In this document: positions 9,754-18,507 of the stretch, piece by piece
How positions within the stretch are numbered: the stretch's first letter is position 1
Layout of the letters: each line of letters opens with the position of its first letter
Assembly: GCA_963555755.3 (NCBI GenBank)
Contig: OY820905.2
Location: forward strand, 3,456,001 to 3,520,000
DNA: 64,000 bases
Direction: 5' to 3'
Source of the DNA: Nitrospirales bacterium
Lineage (GTDB): Bacteria > Nitrospirota > Nitrospiria > Nitrospirales > UBA8639
Program-made: the position numbers and the translations under genes
Notes under the pieces: model-generated
Databases searched by the model: none
Told to the model about the DNA's origin: nothing
What the model saw: the letters and a program-made list of their open reading frames with translations, nothing else

Positions 9754-9969
9754 GTGGCTCAAGATTTAATGTGGGAAGACGTAGAAGATATTGGGATTCG
9801 GTTACAGGAAGAACATCCCGATCTGGATCCCCTCACGGTTCGATTTACAGATATGCATAGTTGGATTGTTGCCTGGCCGGAATTTAAGGATGACCCAAAG
9901 AGCTCTAACGAAAAGAAACTCGAGGCGATTCAAATGGCCTGGCACGAGGAGTACCAGGACGCTCAATAA
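9754..9969 (+). CDS. iscX: Fe-S assembly protein IscX
   Basis: W.D..DI...L...HPD.DP..VRFTD...LEAIQ.AW. Confidence 0.9.
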   Translation: MAQDLMWEDVEDIGIRLQEEHPDLDPLTVRFTDMHSWIVAWPEFKDDPKSSNEKKLEAIQMAWHEEYQDAQ

Positions 9970-10034
9970 TCCCCCGTGAAGCGTAATGCGTGAAGCGTAA
10001 GGGGAGAGGAGAGGGGTTCCTCTTTTACGTCTCC

Positions 10035-12386
10035 CTATTGTTCAAGCTGATCGAATTCGTAGAAATCTAAGGGGTCGGCTGTGCTCCGGGCGGGACGTTG
10101 TGGAACCGTTCCTTCGGCAAAGACTTCAGTTGTGGAGGTTGACGTCGGCTCGCTCACCAGGGTGCCGGTTTTTTGATCAATCTCCACGAATTGAATGCCT
10201 TCAGGGATGCTAAATGTTTGAACGGGTACGGACTTCAGCGCCTCAGCCACAAATTGAATCCAAATGGGCAAGGCGGCATGGGCTCCTGATTCTCTTTTTC
10301 CTAACCGTTCGACATCATCGAATCCTACCCACACGCCGACGGCCAAGTTCGGTGCATATCCGACAAACCAAGCATCTTGGAAATTATTCGTCGTGCCCGT
10401 CTTGCCCGCGAGAGGTCTTCCAATAGAGCGAGCCCGTCTTCCCGTCCCGCTTTGAATCACATCCATCATCATGTGCGTAATCAGATAGGCGGTTTCCTGA
10501 GAGACCACCTGGCGGGGTTCAAAGAGATGTTGCTCAAGAACTTTATCTTCTTGGTCTTTCGCAATTGAAATGGTATAGGGGCGTAAGGCTAAACCCTGAT
10601 TGGCAAAGACGCCAAAGGCGGAGGTGATTTCTACCAATGTGAGGCCCGATGACCCCAAGGCTAGGGAAAGGTCTTGGCTGAGAGGACTTCGGATTCCCAG
10701 TTTCCGGGAAAACTCCGTGACGCGACGCACCCCAATTTGTTCGAGGAGTCGTACCGTTGCCGCATTTCGAGAGTGACGCAAGGCCTCTCGTAGCGTGATC
10801 GAACCAAAAAACCGCTTTTCATAGTTTTCGGGTTTCCAAGTTTTTCCAGGATCCTCCTGCTCATATACGACTGGGGCATCCAAAACTAGCGTGGCCGGGG
10901 TCATTCCCCCATCGAGCGCCGTGGCATAGATGATCGGCTTAAATGCGGATCCTGGCTGGCGAAGCGAAAGGAGCGCTCGATTAAATTGACTTCGTTCAAA
11001 ATCATATCCACCGACCATGGCCCGAATGGCACCGGTTCGTGGGTCGATGGCGATAATCGCGCCTTCAACCCTGGGCGTTTGCTCAAGGAGGAACCGGATT
11101 TTCCCCTTCCTCCTCGATTTGAGGGACACTTCGATGACATCTCCAGGAAGTAACAATTGCTTAGCCGAGGTGATAGGGAAATTTTTGGCTTCCATGACGG
11201 GCGCATCTTTTGGAAGGCGGCGTTTAGCCCAGAGCATATCTTTGAGCGAGATGGTTCCGATGAGACCATTGACGACAACAGTTGCCTCTTCTTTTGAAAC
11301 CTCCGTCACGATACCTTCCAGAATGTCACCGTGTTCGGGAAGGTCGGGTGGTGGATCTTCGGGCAGTATGCCGAGGGGATCTTCGTGCCGAAGCGGGCCG
11401 TGCCACCCCTGCCGTTTATCTAATTGCCTCAGGCCGGTCTGGATTGCTCGTTCAGCTATACGCTGCAATTCAATATTGAGTGTGGTGAAGACTTGGAGCC
11501 CTCCTTTGTACACCATGGATTCCCCATAGGCCTTGCCCAAGTGTTGGCGGACGTTTTCCAAGAAATAGGGAGCCACGCGCTCAATAGATCGTCGTTGAAA
11601 GTTCAGCGTGGTGTCAATGGCCTCCTGTGCGAGGTCGGTCGAGATAAAGTTGGCTTGAGCCATGCGTCCGAGGACATGTTCTTGGCGTTTTTTCGCAAGG
11701 TCAAAATTTTTATAGGGAGAATAGGTGCTAGGGGCTTTGGGTAGGCCAGCCAGGAATGCGGATTCTGGCAAGCTCAGTTCGGCTAGGCCTTTTCCGTAAT
11801 ACGTGAGGGCAGCGCTTCCGATACCATACGCGCCATGTCCAAAGTAGATTTGATTCAAATACATTTCCAGGATTTGATCTTTGGTCAACACCATTTCCAT
11901 TTTAAGGGCAAGAATCAACTCTCGAATTTTTCGTCGAAAGGTGCGTTCTGGAGAAAGAAATAGCGTCCGCGCGAGTTGCTGGGTGATGGTGCTGGCCCCT
12001 TCGAATTTGCCCCCTCGCCTGAGGTTAGTCCAAGCAGCTCGAAAAATCCCCCAAATGTCTAGCCCAGGATGTTCAAAGAATCGGGTATCTTCAACGGCGA
12101 TGAGGGCGTTAATTAAATGCTGAGGCACTTCGGTGAGTCGAGCCAGAATTCTGCGTTCGACATAAAATTGTCCCATGACCTGACCGTTGTCAGCGTGCAC
12201 CTTCGTAATGAGGCTGGGCTGATATTCATGGAGAACTGCGAGTGAGGGCAGGCCTGTAGAAGCATACCAGGCCAGAGCGATAGCCCCACCCATGCCCAGC
12301 CCTGTTCCAACAAGGACGATGATCAGAAGAAATCGTGGCCAACGTCGGCGTGTGGTTTTCTGGGAAGGGCCTTTGGGTGATGCCAT
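10035..12386 (-). CDS. mrcA: Penicillin-binding protein 1A
   Basis: EDTRFFEH and GASTITQQL glycosyltransferase motifs; RQPGSAFK, SRN and KTG transpeptidase motifs. Confidence 0.93.
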   Translation of the reverse strand: MASPKGPSQKTTRRRWPRFLLIIVLVGTGLGMGGAIALAWYASTGLPSLAVLHEYQPSLITKVHADNGQVMGQFYVERRILARLTEVPQHLINALIAVEDTRFFEHPGLDIWGIFRAAWTNLRRGGKFEGASTITQQLARTLFLSPERTFRRKIRELILALKMEMVLTKDQILEMYLNQIYFGHGAYGIGSAALTYYGKGLAELSLPESAFLAGLPKAPSTYSPYKNFDLAKKRQEHVLGRMAQANFISTDLAQEAIDTTLNFQRRSIERVAPYFLENVRQHLGKAYGESMVYKGGLQVFTTLNIELQRIAERAIQTGLRQLDKRQGWHGPLRHEDPLGILPEDPPPDLPEHGDILEGIVTEVSKEEATVVVNGLIGTISLKDMLWAKRRLPKDAPVMEAKNFPITSAKQLLLPGDVIEVSLKSRRKGKIRFLLEQTPRVEGAIIAIDPRTGAIRAMVGGYDFERSQFNRALLSLRQPGSAFKPIIYATALDGGMTPATLVLDAPVVYEQEDPGKTWKPENYEKRFFGSITLREALRHSRNAATVRLLEQIGVRRVTEFSRKLGIRSPLSQDLSLALGSSGLTLVEITSAFGVFANQGLALRPYTISIAKDQEDKVLEQHLFEPRQVVSQETAYLITHMMMDVIQSGTGRRARSIGRPLAGKTGTTNNFQDAWFVGYAPNLAVGVWVGFDDVERLGKRESGAHAALPIWIQFVAEALKSVPVQTFSIPEGIQFVEIDQKTGTLVSEPTSTSTTEVFAEGTVPQRPARSTADPLDFYEFDQLEQ

Positions 12387-12673
12387 AGGATCTGGGGCTG
12401 AAGAAGAATGGAGGACCGGTTGCCCGTGCGAGGGCTTTCTTTTAGTGAATACCTCTTATTAAAGAATACGATAACCCCGGATCGCCCAAAAGACAAGAAA
12501 GGAATTTGAGGAATTATTTTCTTCAGGTTTAACCGGCTTGTTACCCAAAAGGGACAGCCTTTTCATGATCATGGCTCTTATGCTACCTTAACAAATATTC
12601 CGAGCACATGCTCTATGAAAAAACCCTTGCGAGCCGCGAGATTAGATTACTTTCACATTAAGGAGGCCGGTTT

Positions 12674-13144
12674 ATGTCTGATGTTGCTCAAGAAATCAAG
12701 GTTGGTGATGCTGCTCCCGATTTTACCTTAAAAGATCAGGATCAAAATGATGTCACACTGAGTTCGTTTAAGGGCCAAAAAAATGTCGTGTTAGCATTTT
12801 ATCCCTTGGATTGGAGTCCTGTGTGTGAAGGGGAAAATAAATGCATCACCGATGATTTTCCCAGCTTTTCCGATGCGAATTCAGAAATTTTCGGTATTAG
12901 CGCGGACAGCTTTTTTTCTCACAAAGCCTGGGCCGACTCGCTCGACCTCAAACACAAGTTGTTGGCTGATATGCATCGCACCGTGTGTAAATCCTATGGC
13001 CTGTATTTTGATGCCTTGAATTGTGCCAAACGCGCCACGGTTATTGTGGATAAACAGGGCAGGGTCGCCTATGTCAAAGTCCAAGAAATCAAAGTCCCAC
13101 GGGATGACAAGGACATTTTGGAAGCACTGAAAAAATTGAACTGA
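12674..13144 (+). CDS. Peroxiredoxin (AhpC/TSA, AhpE-like)
   Basis: [10 protein letters not shown] and RATVIVDK. Confidence 0.88.
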   Translation: MSDVAQEIKVGDAAPDFTLKDQDQNDVTLSSFKGQKNVVLAFYPLDWSPVCEGENKCITDDFPSFSDANSEIFGISADSFFSHKAWADSLDLKHKLLADMHRTVCKSYGLYFDALNCAKRATVIVDKQGRVAYVKVQEIKVPRDDKDILEALKKLN

Positions 13145-13181
13145 CAATATTGTAGGCATTCGAAGGGGATTCCTGAACTAA

Positions 13182-13338
13182 GGGCTCGCGCAAGAATAAC
13201 TTCCCATTTTGGGGTGACGAGACACCTGTCTGGCAAGGCGCGAGGACTGCGCATACTCTTGGTATGTAAGGGACGAGCAACGCCGCCAGACAGGATGGAT
13301 CGACGCTCAAAGATGGGAAGTTATTCTTGCGTGAGCCC
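13182..13338. mobile_element. MITE family B, copy 1
   Basis: Terminal inverted repeat GGG(C/T)TCGCGCAAGAATAACTTCCC, TAA duplication; further copies at 23974, 33975 and 51102. Confidence 0.85.
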
Positions 13339-13388
13339 TAACAGGAATCCCCTTCCTTTGTGAAAGGCTACCCAAGGAAAAAGTCTTT

Positions 13389-13724
13389 ATGGCTGGAACG
13401 GTGATTAGTGTTTCCGACGAGAATTATGAAGAATTTACGCAGGCCCCTGCAGCCATGGTGGCCTATGGTATTGGGTCTTGTCAGCCATGTGCCGAGTATG
13501 ATCCGATTTTAGAATCAGTTGCAGCAAAGTATGCTCATATTCGAATTGGCAAGGCTAAAATGCACGTTCCTGGCCGTTGCCGGGGCATTAAAAAACAGCA
13601 CACCTTTGAAACCTACCCCACCACACACTTCTTTTCAAACGGACAATTGTTATTGACGCGAGAAGGGAAGATTGAAGAGTCGGAACTTGCGACTCTTTTT
13701 CAAGAGCATTTTCCCAATCCTTAA
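13389..13724 (+). CDS. Thioredoxin-like protein
   Basis: CQPC motif and cis-Pro region YPTTHFF. Confidence 0.8.
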   Translation: MAGTVISVSDENYEEFTQAPAAMVAYGIGSCQPCAEYDPILESVAAKYAHIRIGKAKMHVPGRCRGIKKQHTFETYPTTHFFSNGQLLLTREGKIEESELATLFQEHFPNP

Positions 13725-13757
13725 TCTTTTCCCATTCCCTTGTTGAAAATAATTTTT

Positions 13758-13950
13758 GTGGGGTTTCGTCCCCACGCGACGAGTCACTTTTGTTTCGGCA
13801 AAAGTGACCAAAACCATTTTTGCCTGTGCGCGGAACCACGGGGGACTGGTCCGCCGCCCCGAATCAGGATGGCTCGGAAACTCGCTCCGCTCAAACAGTC
13901 CTCGCCGAAGGGGCCGATTCGGGGCAGCGGCCCAGCCGCGCCCAACGCAG
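13758..13950 (+). repeat. ~190-bp structured repeat, left copy flanking the cassette array
   Basis: Inverted homologue at ~16530-16848 (CACTTTTGTTTCGGCAAAAGTG...CTCGCTCCGCTCAAACAG). Confidence 0.75.
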
Positions 13951-14099
13951 TGAAAGGGAAATCCTTGAACGACAAATATCAAGAAATGGTCGGGAGCTTT
14001 GCCGATCTGTATAAGAGGATGTGATAACTGGCCAGACGGGGAGGAAGTCGTTGAGTATTAAAGGAATTCACAAACCCTCGACGGGAAATCCCGAAGCGT

Positions 14100-14161
14100 G
14101 TTATACGGATAGGAACTCAAAGATTCGCATCTTATGCGGATCCATCTAATCATTGTTAGGC
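14100..14161 (+). other. Candidate integron attI site
   Basis: TTATACGGAT/TTATGCGGAT direct repeats, then ATCTAATCATT-GTTAGGC core immediately before the first cassette. Confidence 0.55.
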
Positions 14162-14184
14162 GGTAAGAATATCGAGAACGAAAT

Positions 14185-14691
14185 ATGAGAAAAGTGATTA
14201 CTACTCTATTGTCATTATTTGGTTTAGCTGGTAACGCGGCGGCTTTAGATAATGCTGGAATCTATTTATCTTCCAAGTTTGACTTAACTGTCGCCCAGCT
14301 TTCCAAAATTGCGGTTGGTGCTAAAGTGGAAATGGTCGAAAATAATGAAGGGAATTCATTTCAGGTAAGTTGGCCAGATGTTTCCGTAACTATTAACACA
14401 AAGAACGTGTGGTCTGATCGAACCACCCAGATTAGCGGAATGACAAACTGGGCTAAATCTTTGGGGGGTAATAATTCATCGAGCTTTTTAAACAAAATTG
14501 CTTCCGCCACTGATATATTGGGCTGTGTAATTCAGCCCGGATATGACAAGGAACAAAAAGTGGCTCGCTTGGTTAACGAAATTGCCAAAAGATACGAAGG
14601 TTTTATTTTTACATATCAAAGTTTTTACAATGAGCGGGGGCATAAAATTGTTGGGCAAGCGAATGACCCTCAGAAAGTCGGAGGCGCCTAA
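14185..14691 (+). CDS. Gene cassette 1: hypothetical secreted protein (AT-rich)
   Basis: Signal-peptide-like N-terminus; stop codon overlaps attC R'' GCCTAAC. Confidence 0.75.
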   Translation: MRKVITTLLSLFGLAGNAAALDNAGIYLSSKFDLTVAQLSKIAVGAKVEMVENNEGNSFQVSWPDVSVTINTKNVWSDRTTQISGMTNWAKSLGGNNSSSFLNKIASATDILGCVIQPGYDKEQKVARLVNEIAKRYEGFIFTYQSFYNERGHKIVGQANDPQKVGGA

Positions 14692-14771
14692 CAATGCGCT
14701 GCTAGGGACTTGGCAAAGCTTTGCTTGAAAAACAGCAAACCTTTACCATGCCCAAGAGCTTACCGTTGGGC
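14686..14771 (+). other. attC site 1
   Basis: R'' GCCTAAC (complementary to GTTAGGC at 14155), imperfect inverted repeat, R' GTTGGGC. Confidence 0.75.
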
Positions 14772-14791
14772 GGCGTACGGAGGCGGCGTGC

Positions 14792-15592
14792 ATGGACTAC
14801 CCGTTTGAGCACCCTGATTTTCACGGCCGGAACCTTGCTCTTCGCACGTCGGGGTTCTTCGCGTCCGCCCGGTTGGTAGTTGATGGCGCCGAAGTCACTG
14901 CGACCAAAGGGAAGTTCGCCCTACACGACAATCAGGGACGCCCTCGGGAGCTCAAGCTCAAGGCGGGTTTTCTTGATCCGGTTCCGAAGGTAGTTCTCGA
15001 CGACACCACAATCGCTCTAGTCAGCCCTCTCAAATGGTACGAGTACGCATGGATGGCACTACCCATCGTGCTCGTGTTTAGCGGTGGTGCGCTGGGTGCT
15101 CTATTCGGAATTACTGCCGCGTATTCAAGCACTCGTATATTCAGAAGCGATCGTGGCGCCGCGGCCAAGTACCTCCTCTCCGGACTCGCTTCCATTGGCG
15201 CAGTTGCAGGGTTTCTGGCGAGTGCGACCGCCCTGCAACTTCTGATCTCCTGGAACACGGACCCCTCATCCGAGAAGGCCCTCGACGAAGTTGCTCGAGC
15301 CTCCAACAAGGAGCTGCCGATGATGATCGACGACCAGACCGAGTTAGTGAAGCTCGAGGGTCTCGAGGGTGTGCTCGTCTACCACTATCGCCTCACGACG
15401 ATCGCGCCGGGCCAAATTTCAGGCGAGGCGCTGGTACAGCGGCTTCGCCCGACAATCTCTGCGAACGCCTGTGCCCACGACGAGAGCAGGGAGCGATTCC
15501 TCGATAATGGCATTGCGCTTCGCTACGCCTACAGCGACGCGGAGGGCGGGACCATTGGTGCGTTCGACGTCTCTGCCAACGACTGCCTCTAA
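14792..15592 (+). CDS. Gene cassette 2: hypothetical membrane protein (GC-rich)
   Basis: 266-aa ORF with central hydrophobic segments and a GGAGG RBS; composition contrasts with neighbours. Confidence 0.75.
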   Translation: MDYPFEHPDFHGRNLALRTSGFFASARLVVDGAEVTATKGKFALHDNQGRPRELKLKAGFLDPVPKVVLDDTTIALVSPLKWYEYAWMALPIVLVFSGGALGALFGITAAYSSTRIFRSDRGAAAKYLLSGLASIGAVAGFLASATALQLLISWNTDPSSEKALDEVARASNKELPMMIDDQTELVKLEGLEGVLVYHYRLTTIAPGQISGEALVQRLRPTISANACAHDESRERFLDNGIALRYAYSDAEGGTIGAFDVSANDCL

Positions 15593-15665
15593 CAACGGTT
15601 CTTTGATGGCGTCGCGTTGGCCAGGCAGCATCCGCGCGGAGGTTCGCGCAGGCCGAGGCCCAGCC

Positions 15666-15795
15666 GCCCAACAAGGGCTTGCAGCGGACCGGCTCACGCT
15701 TTGAGCGAGGCAGACCGTGTTAGAATGCGAGATCTTCTAGCGCTTCAGCCTCGGTGGCAGAGCGCCGCCGGCCGCTGAAGCCCGATCCGCTAGGC
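15666..15795 (+). other. attC site 2
   Basis: GCCGCCCAAC complementary to GTTGGGCGGC; L boxes GGGCTT[G]CAGCGG / CCGCTGAAGCCC with an extrahelical G; R' variant GCTAGGC. Confidence 0.8.
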
Positions 15796-15811
15796 ATGTA
15801 AAAGGAAAGAA

Positions 15812-16276
15812 ATGCAGATAATCAAAAAAATACTCATTGGACTTGGTGTTGTGTTCGCATTATTTATTGGGTTCGTAATATTCATGTTTGGAGAGTCTGG
15901 TGATTTCAAAGAAAATAATGAACAGCTAGTCAGAGAGTATACTCAAAAGTTTAGTCAAAACTGGAGCATTAGTAGTGTTAGTGATCTCAGTACGAATGAT
16001 CTATTGTCCCAAATCACCACTCCAAATGGACAACATTCGTTAAGGCAATTTCAATCATTCGGAAAACTAGTGGAAATCGAAGATATTGAGATAAGTAACT
16101 ACAACACATCCACGGGAGCTGGAACTACCGGTGTGTTCAAATTTAAGGCAAAGTTTGAAAATTTAAATGCTTTGGTTACGGTGACGGTTCGTGAAAAGGA
16201 TAGTGTAGCAAAGGTTCATGGTTTCCACATTGATCCGCTGAGCGAGGTATCTCCACCGAAGGAATTTAATATCTAA
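15812..16276 (+). CDS. Gene cassette 3: hypothetical protein with N-terminal TM anchor (AT-rich)
   Basis: 154-aa ORF whose stop lies in the attC R'' position. Confidence 0.75.
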   Translation: MQIIKKILIGLGVVFALFIGFVIFMFGESGDFKENNEQLVREYTQKFSQNWSISSVSDLSTNDLLSQITTPNGQHSLRQFQSFGKLVEIEDIEISNYNTSTGAGTTGVFKFKAKFENLNALVTVTVREKDSVAKVHGFHIDPLSEVSPPKEFNI

Positions 16277-16386
16277 TCAGAGGTTGCAGCCGACCCAAAA
16301 CCCGCCACTTCGTTTTTCGCGTTGCTGTGCTCCATTTTCCCAAAAAAAAGCGTTGTATTTTGCGGGGCTGAACCTAAGCGTTAGAG
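16271..16386 (+). other. attC site 3 (degenerate R'')
   Basis: ATCTAAT...GGTT[G]CAGCC / GGCTGAACC...GTTAGAG. Confidence 0.7.
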
Positions 16387-16529
16387 CAAAAATGTAACGG
16401 AATGCCAATACGGTTACATGGAACCTGCCATTTCCTCGTGAAAACCCCTTAAACATTGGCTATTGAGTTTTAATTGGGTTTGCCTTTTACAACTCTAGTT
16501 TACTTGATTCGTTTCTTAAGTATTTCCTC

Positions 16530-16848
16530 CGCCTTCGGGCGCGGCGGAGCCGCAGCCCCGAATCGACCGCTTTGGCGAAGGCTGTTTGAGCGCAGCGAGT
16601 TCCTGAGCCATCTTATTCGGGGCGGAGGCGGAGGGACCCGGAAGAGAATGATCAAAACGTTCGTCAGCGGCGTTCTCGGCCCTTTGCCGTGCTCACGTAC
16701 TTAACGGTCACGCTGCGCGCGCCAAAGCGCCTGCGGCCTTGCTGACGAACGTTTTGATCATTCTCTGTAGGGCCGCGCACGGGTGGAAATGGTTTTGGGC
16801 ACTTTTGCCGAAACAAAAGTGTCTCGTCGCGCGGGGGCGAAACCCTGC
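16530..16848 (-). repeat. Right, inverted copy of the 13758 repeat, with a nested family D-like MITE at 16643-16766
   Basis: Reverse-complement similarity to 13758-13950; nested AGAGAATGATCAAAACGTTCGTCAGC inverted repeat. Confidence 0.75.
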
Positions 16849-16951
16849 ATCTAATAATTCTGGAAAATAATATTGCATGGGGGGAGATCTCTCGTTCTGC
16901 TCGAGACAAGGATTTCTCCCAAGGGTCGAAATGACAGAAGGAAAAACAGTG

Positions 16952-17782
16952 TCAGGAAACGATAATAGGAGTCCCCGTGTATTCCACACGGGTTTCATGC
17001 TGATTGTGAATGGTGATTTTTGCTAAATGTCCGCCTGAAATCGGTTCGAGCAATGGCCAGAGCGTTTGTGCCAAGGTGAGGAGGGTGGTGGGTTGGGATT
17101 GAAAGGCTGGATCTTGAGATAGGTCTTTTCCATTGAATCGGTCGAGTAGATGTTGGTGAACGAGATTGTCTAAAACGGCAATATCAGTCACCCGTCCAGT
17201 GGCTGGGTCGATGGTTCCAGCGACTGACACATCAACGAAAATGTGAGATCCCAGAGTTTGTATTGCATCGGCTGAAGAATTGATGTCCAGGGAATAGCGT
17301 CGGGTAATTTGTGCTTCGGAGGGTTCCGAATAGTCCGATGTGGAATCGGAAGATCCAGTGGTGTCTGGTGTGGCGAGTTCAGCCCACAGGTCTTCGCCTT
17401 CCGATAAACGAATGGTGTGGAGGTCCTGCGTCTCGGGTCGAGCACGAAATTTTCGCCAAAGCACCAAAGCGAAATTTTCCGTGGTCGGTATCGCGTGTTC
17501 GAAATAGGGTGTGTCCAAGTTCAAATGTTTATGGTCGAATTCTTCGAGGACGTCGGTGACAATGTGCTTAAGGTCGTACAGGTTGATGATCATGCCCGTA
17601 ACTGGATCTACTCTTCCACTCAGAGTCACTTCTAAGAGATAGTTGTGCCCATGCTCCTGATAGCAGGCGCCAAATGTCTGTCGATTCTTGTCAGCATCCC
17701 AATCGGGATTACGATAAAAATGCGAGGCTGAAAATTCTATCCGCTTAGTGAGTGTTGATTTTGGCATGGGAGGATATTTCAA
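16952..17782 (-). CDS. 6-pyruvoyl/6-carboxy-tetrahydropterin synthase-like protein (two domains)
   Basis: FSASH, HGHNY, DHKHLN and PTTEN motifs; degenerate second domain. Confidence 0.85.
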   Translation of the reverse strand: MKYPPMPKSTLTKRIEFSASHFYRNPDWDADKNRQTFGACYQEHGHNYLLEVTLSGRVDPVTGMIINLYDLKHIVTDVLEEFDHKHLNLDTPYFEHAIPTTENFALVLWRKFRARPETQDLHTIRLSEGEDLWAELATPDTTGSSDSTSDYSEPSEAQITRRYSLDINSSADAIQTLGSHIFVDVSVAGTIDPATGRVTDIAVLDNLVHQHLLDRFNGKDLSQDPAFQSQPTTLLTLAQTLWPLLEPISGGHLAKITIHNQHETRVEYTGTPIIVS

Positions 17783-17789
17783 AAAAAAA

Positions 17790-17945
17790 GTAACTGCTCA
17801 GGTTGCTTCAATTTTGGCTCAGGACAAGGCGCGAGGAGCGCAGAACCGGAGCATATTGAGCCTGTCCTGAGTACTCGAAGGATAAGGATTTGAGCACCGC
17901 AGCAACGCCGTCATGAGCCAAAAGGGGAGTGACCTGAGTAGTTAC
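17790..17945 (+). mobile_element. MITE family C, copy 1
   Basis: Ends GTAACTGCTCAGG / CCTGAGTAGTTAC; further copies at 22422 and 42313. Confidence 0.8.
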
Positions 17946-18022
17946 GAAAAAGGGCCAGGAATTTTGCCAATGGCTTGGCAAGATACCCGGCCCCGTTCGA
18001 TCCATTGTGACGGATGATTCAA

Positions 18023-18349
18023 TTAGGTGCTGAAGGAACTGCCGCAACCACAGGTGCTTTTGGCTTGGGGATTCTTAATCGCAAAGCCTGAGCCTTGGAG
18101 GCTGTCCACATAATCGACTTCCGCGCCATTCAACATGGGAGCACTTTGAGAATCGACAATGACTTTCACGCCGCCTTTTTCAATAATGGTGTCGTCATCT
18201 TCCATTTTGGATTCGAAGGACATCCCGTATTGGTATCCGCTGCAGCCTCCGCCTTTCACGTAGATCCGCAACCCAATAATTTCCTCTTCAGTTTCTTCAT
18301 CGACCAATTCTTTTATTTTTTCTTCAGCCATCGGTGTAATAGTGACCAT
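18023..18349 (-). CDS. erpA: A-type Fe-S insertion protein (ErpA/IscA family)
   Basis: LRIYVKGGGCSGYQYG...CGCGSSF. Confidence 0.85.
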   Translation of the reverse strand: MVTITPMAEEKIKELVDEETEEEIIGLRIYVKGGGCSGYQYGMSFESKMEDDDTIIEKGGVKVIVDSQSAPMLNGAEVDYVDSLQGSGFAIKNPQAKSTCGCGSSFST

Positions 18350-18507
18350 TATGCCCTCCACTCAATATTTAAGGTGATATCCCGTTGTTTTTCCACGTTT
18401 TGGATAAAATCGAGGAAACATGTCTTGTAAGAAACCTTGTAAGAAACAATGATAACCACCCACATGGTAGTTGTCAATTTATTGAAGGGAAAATAGATGA
18501 AAAAAAT

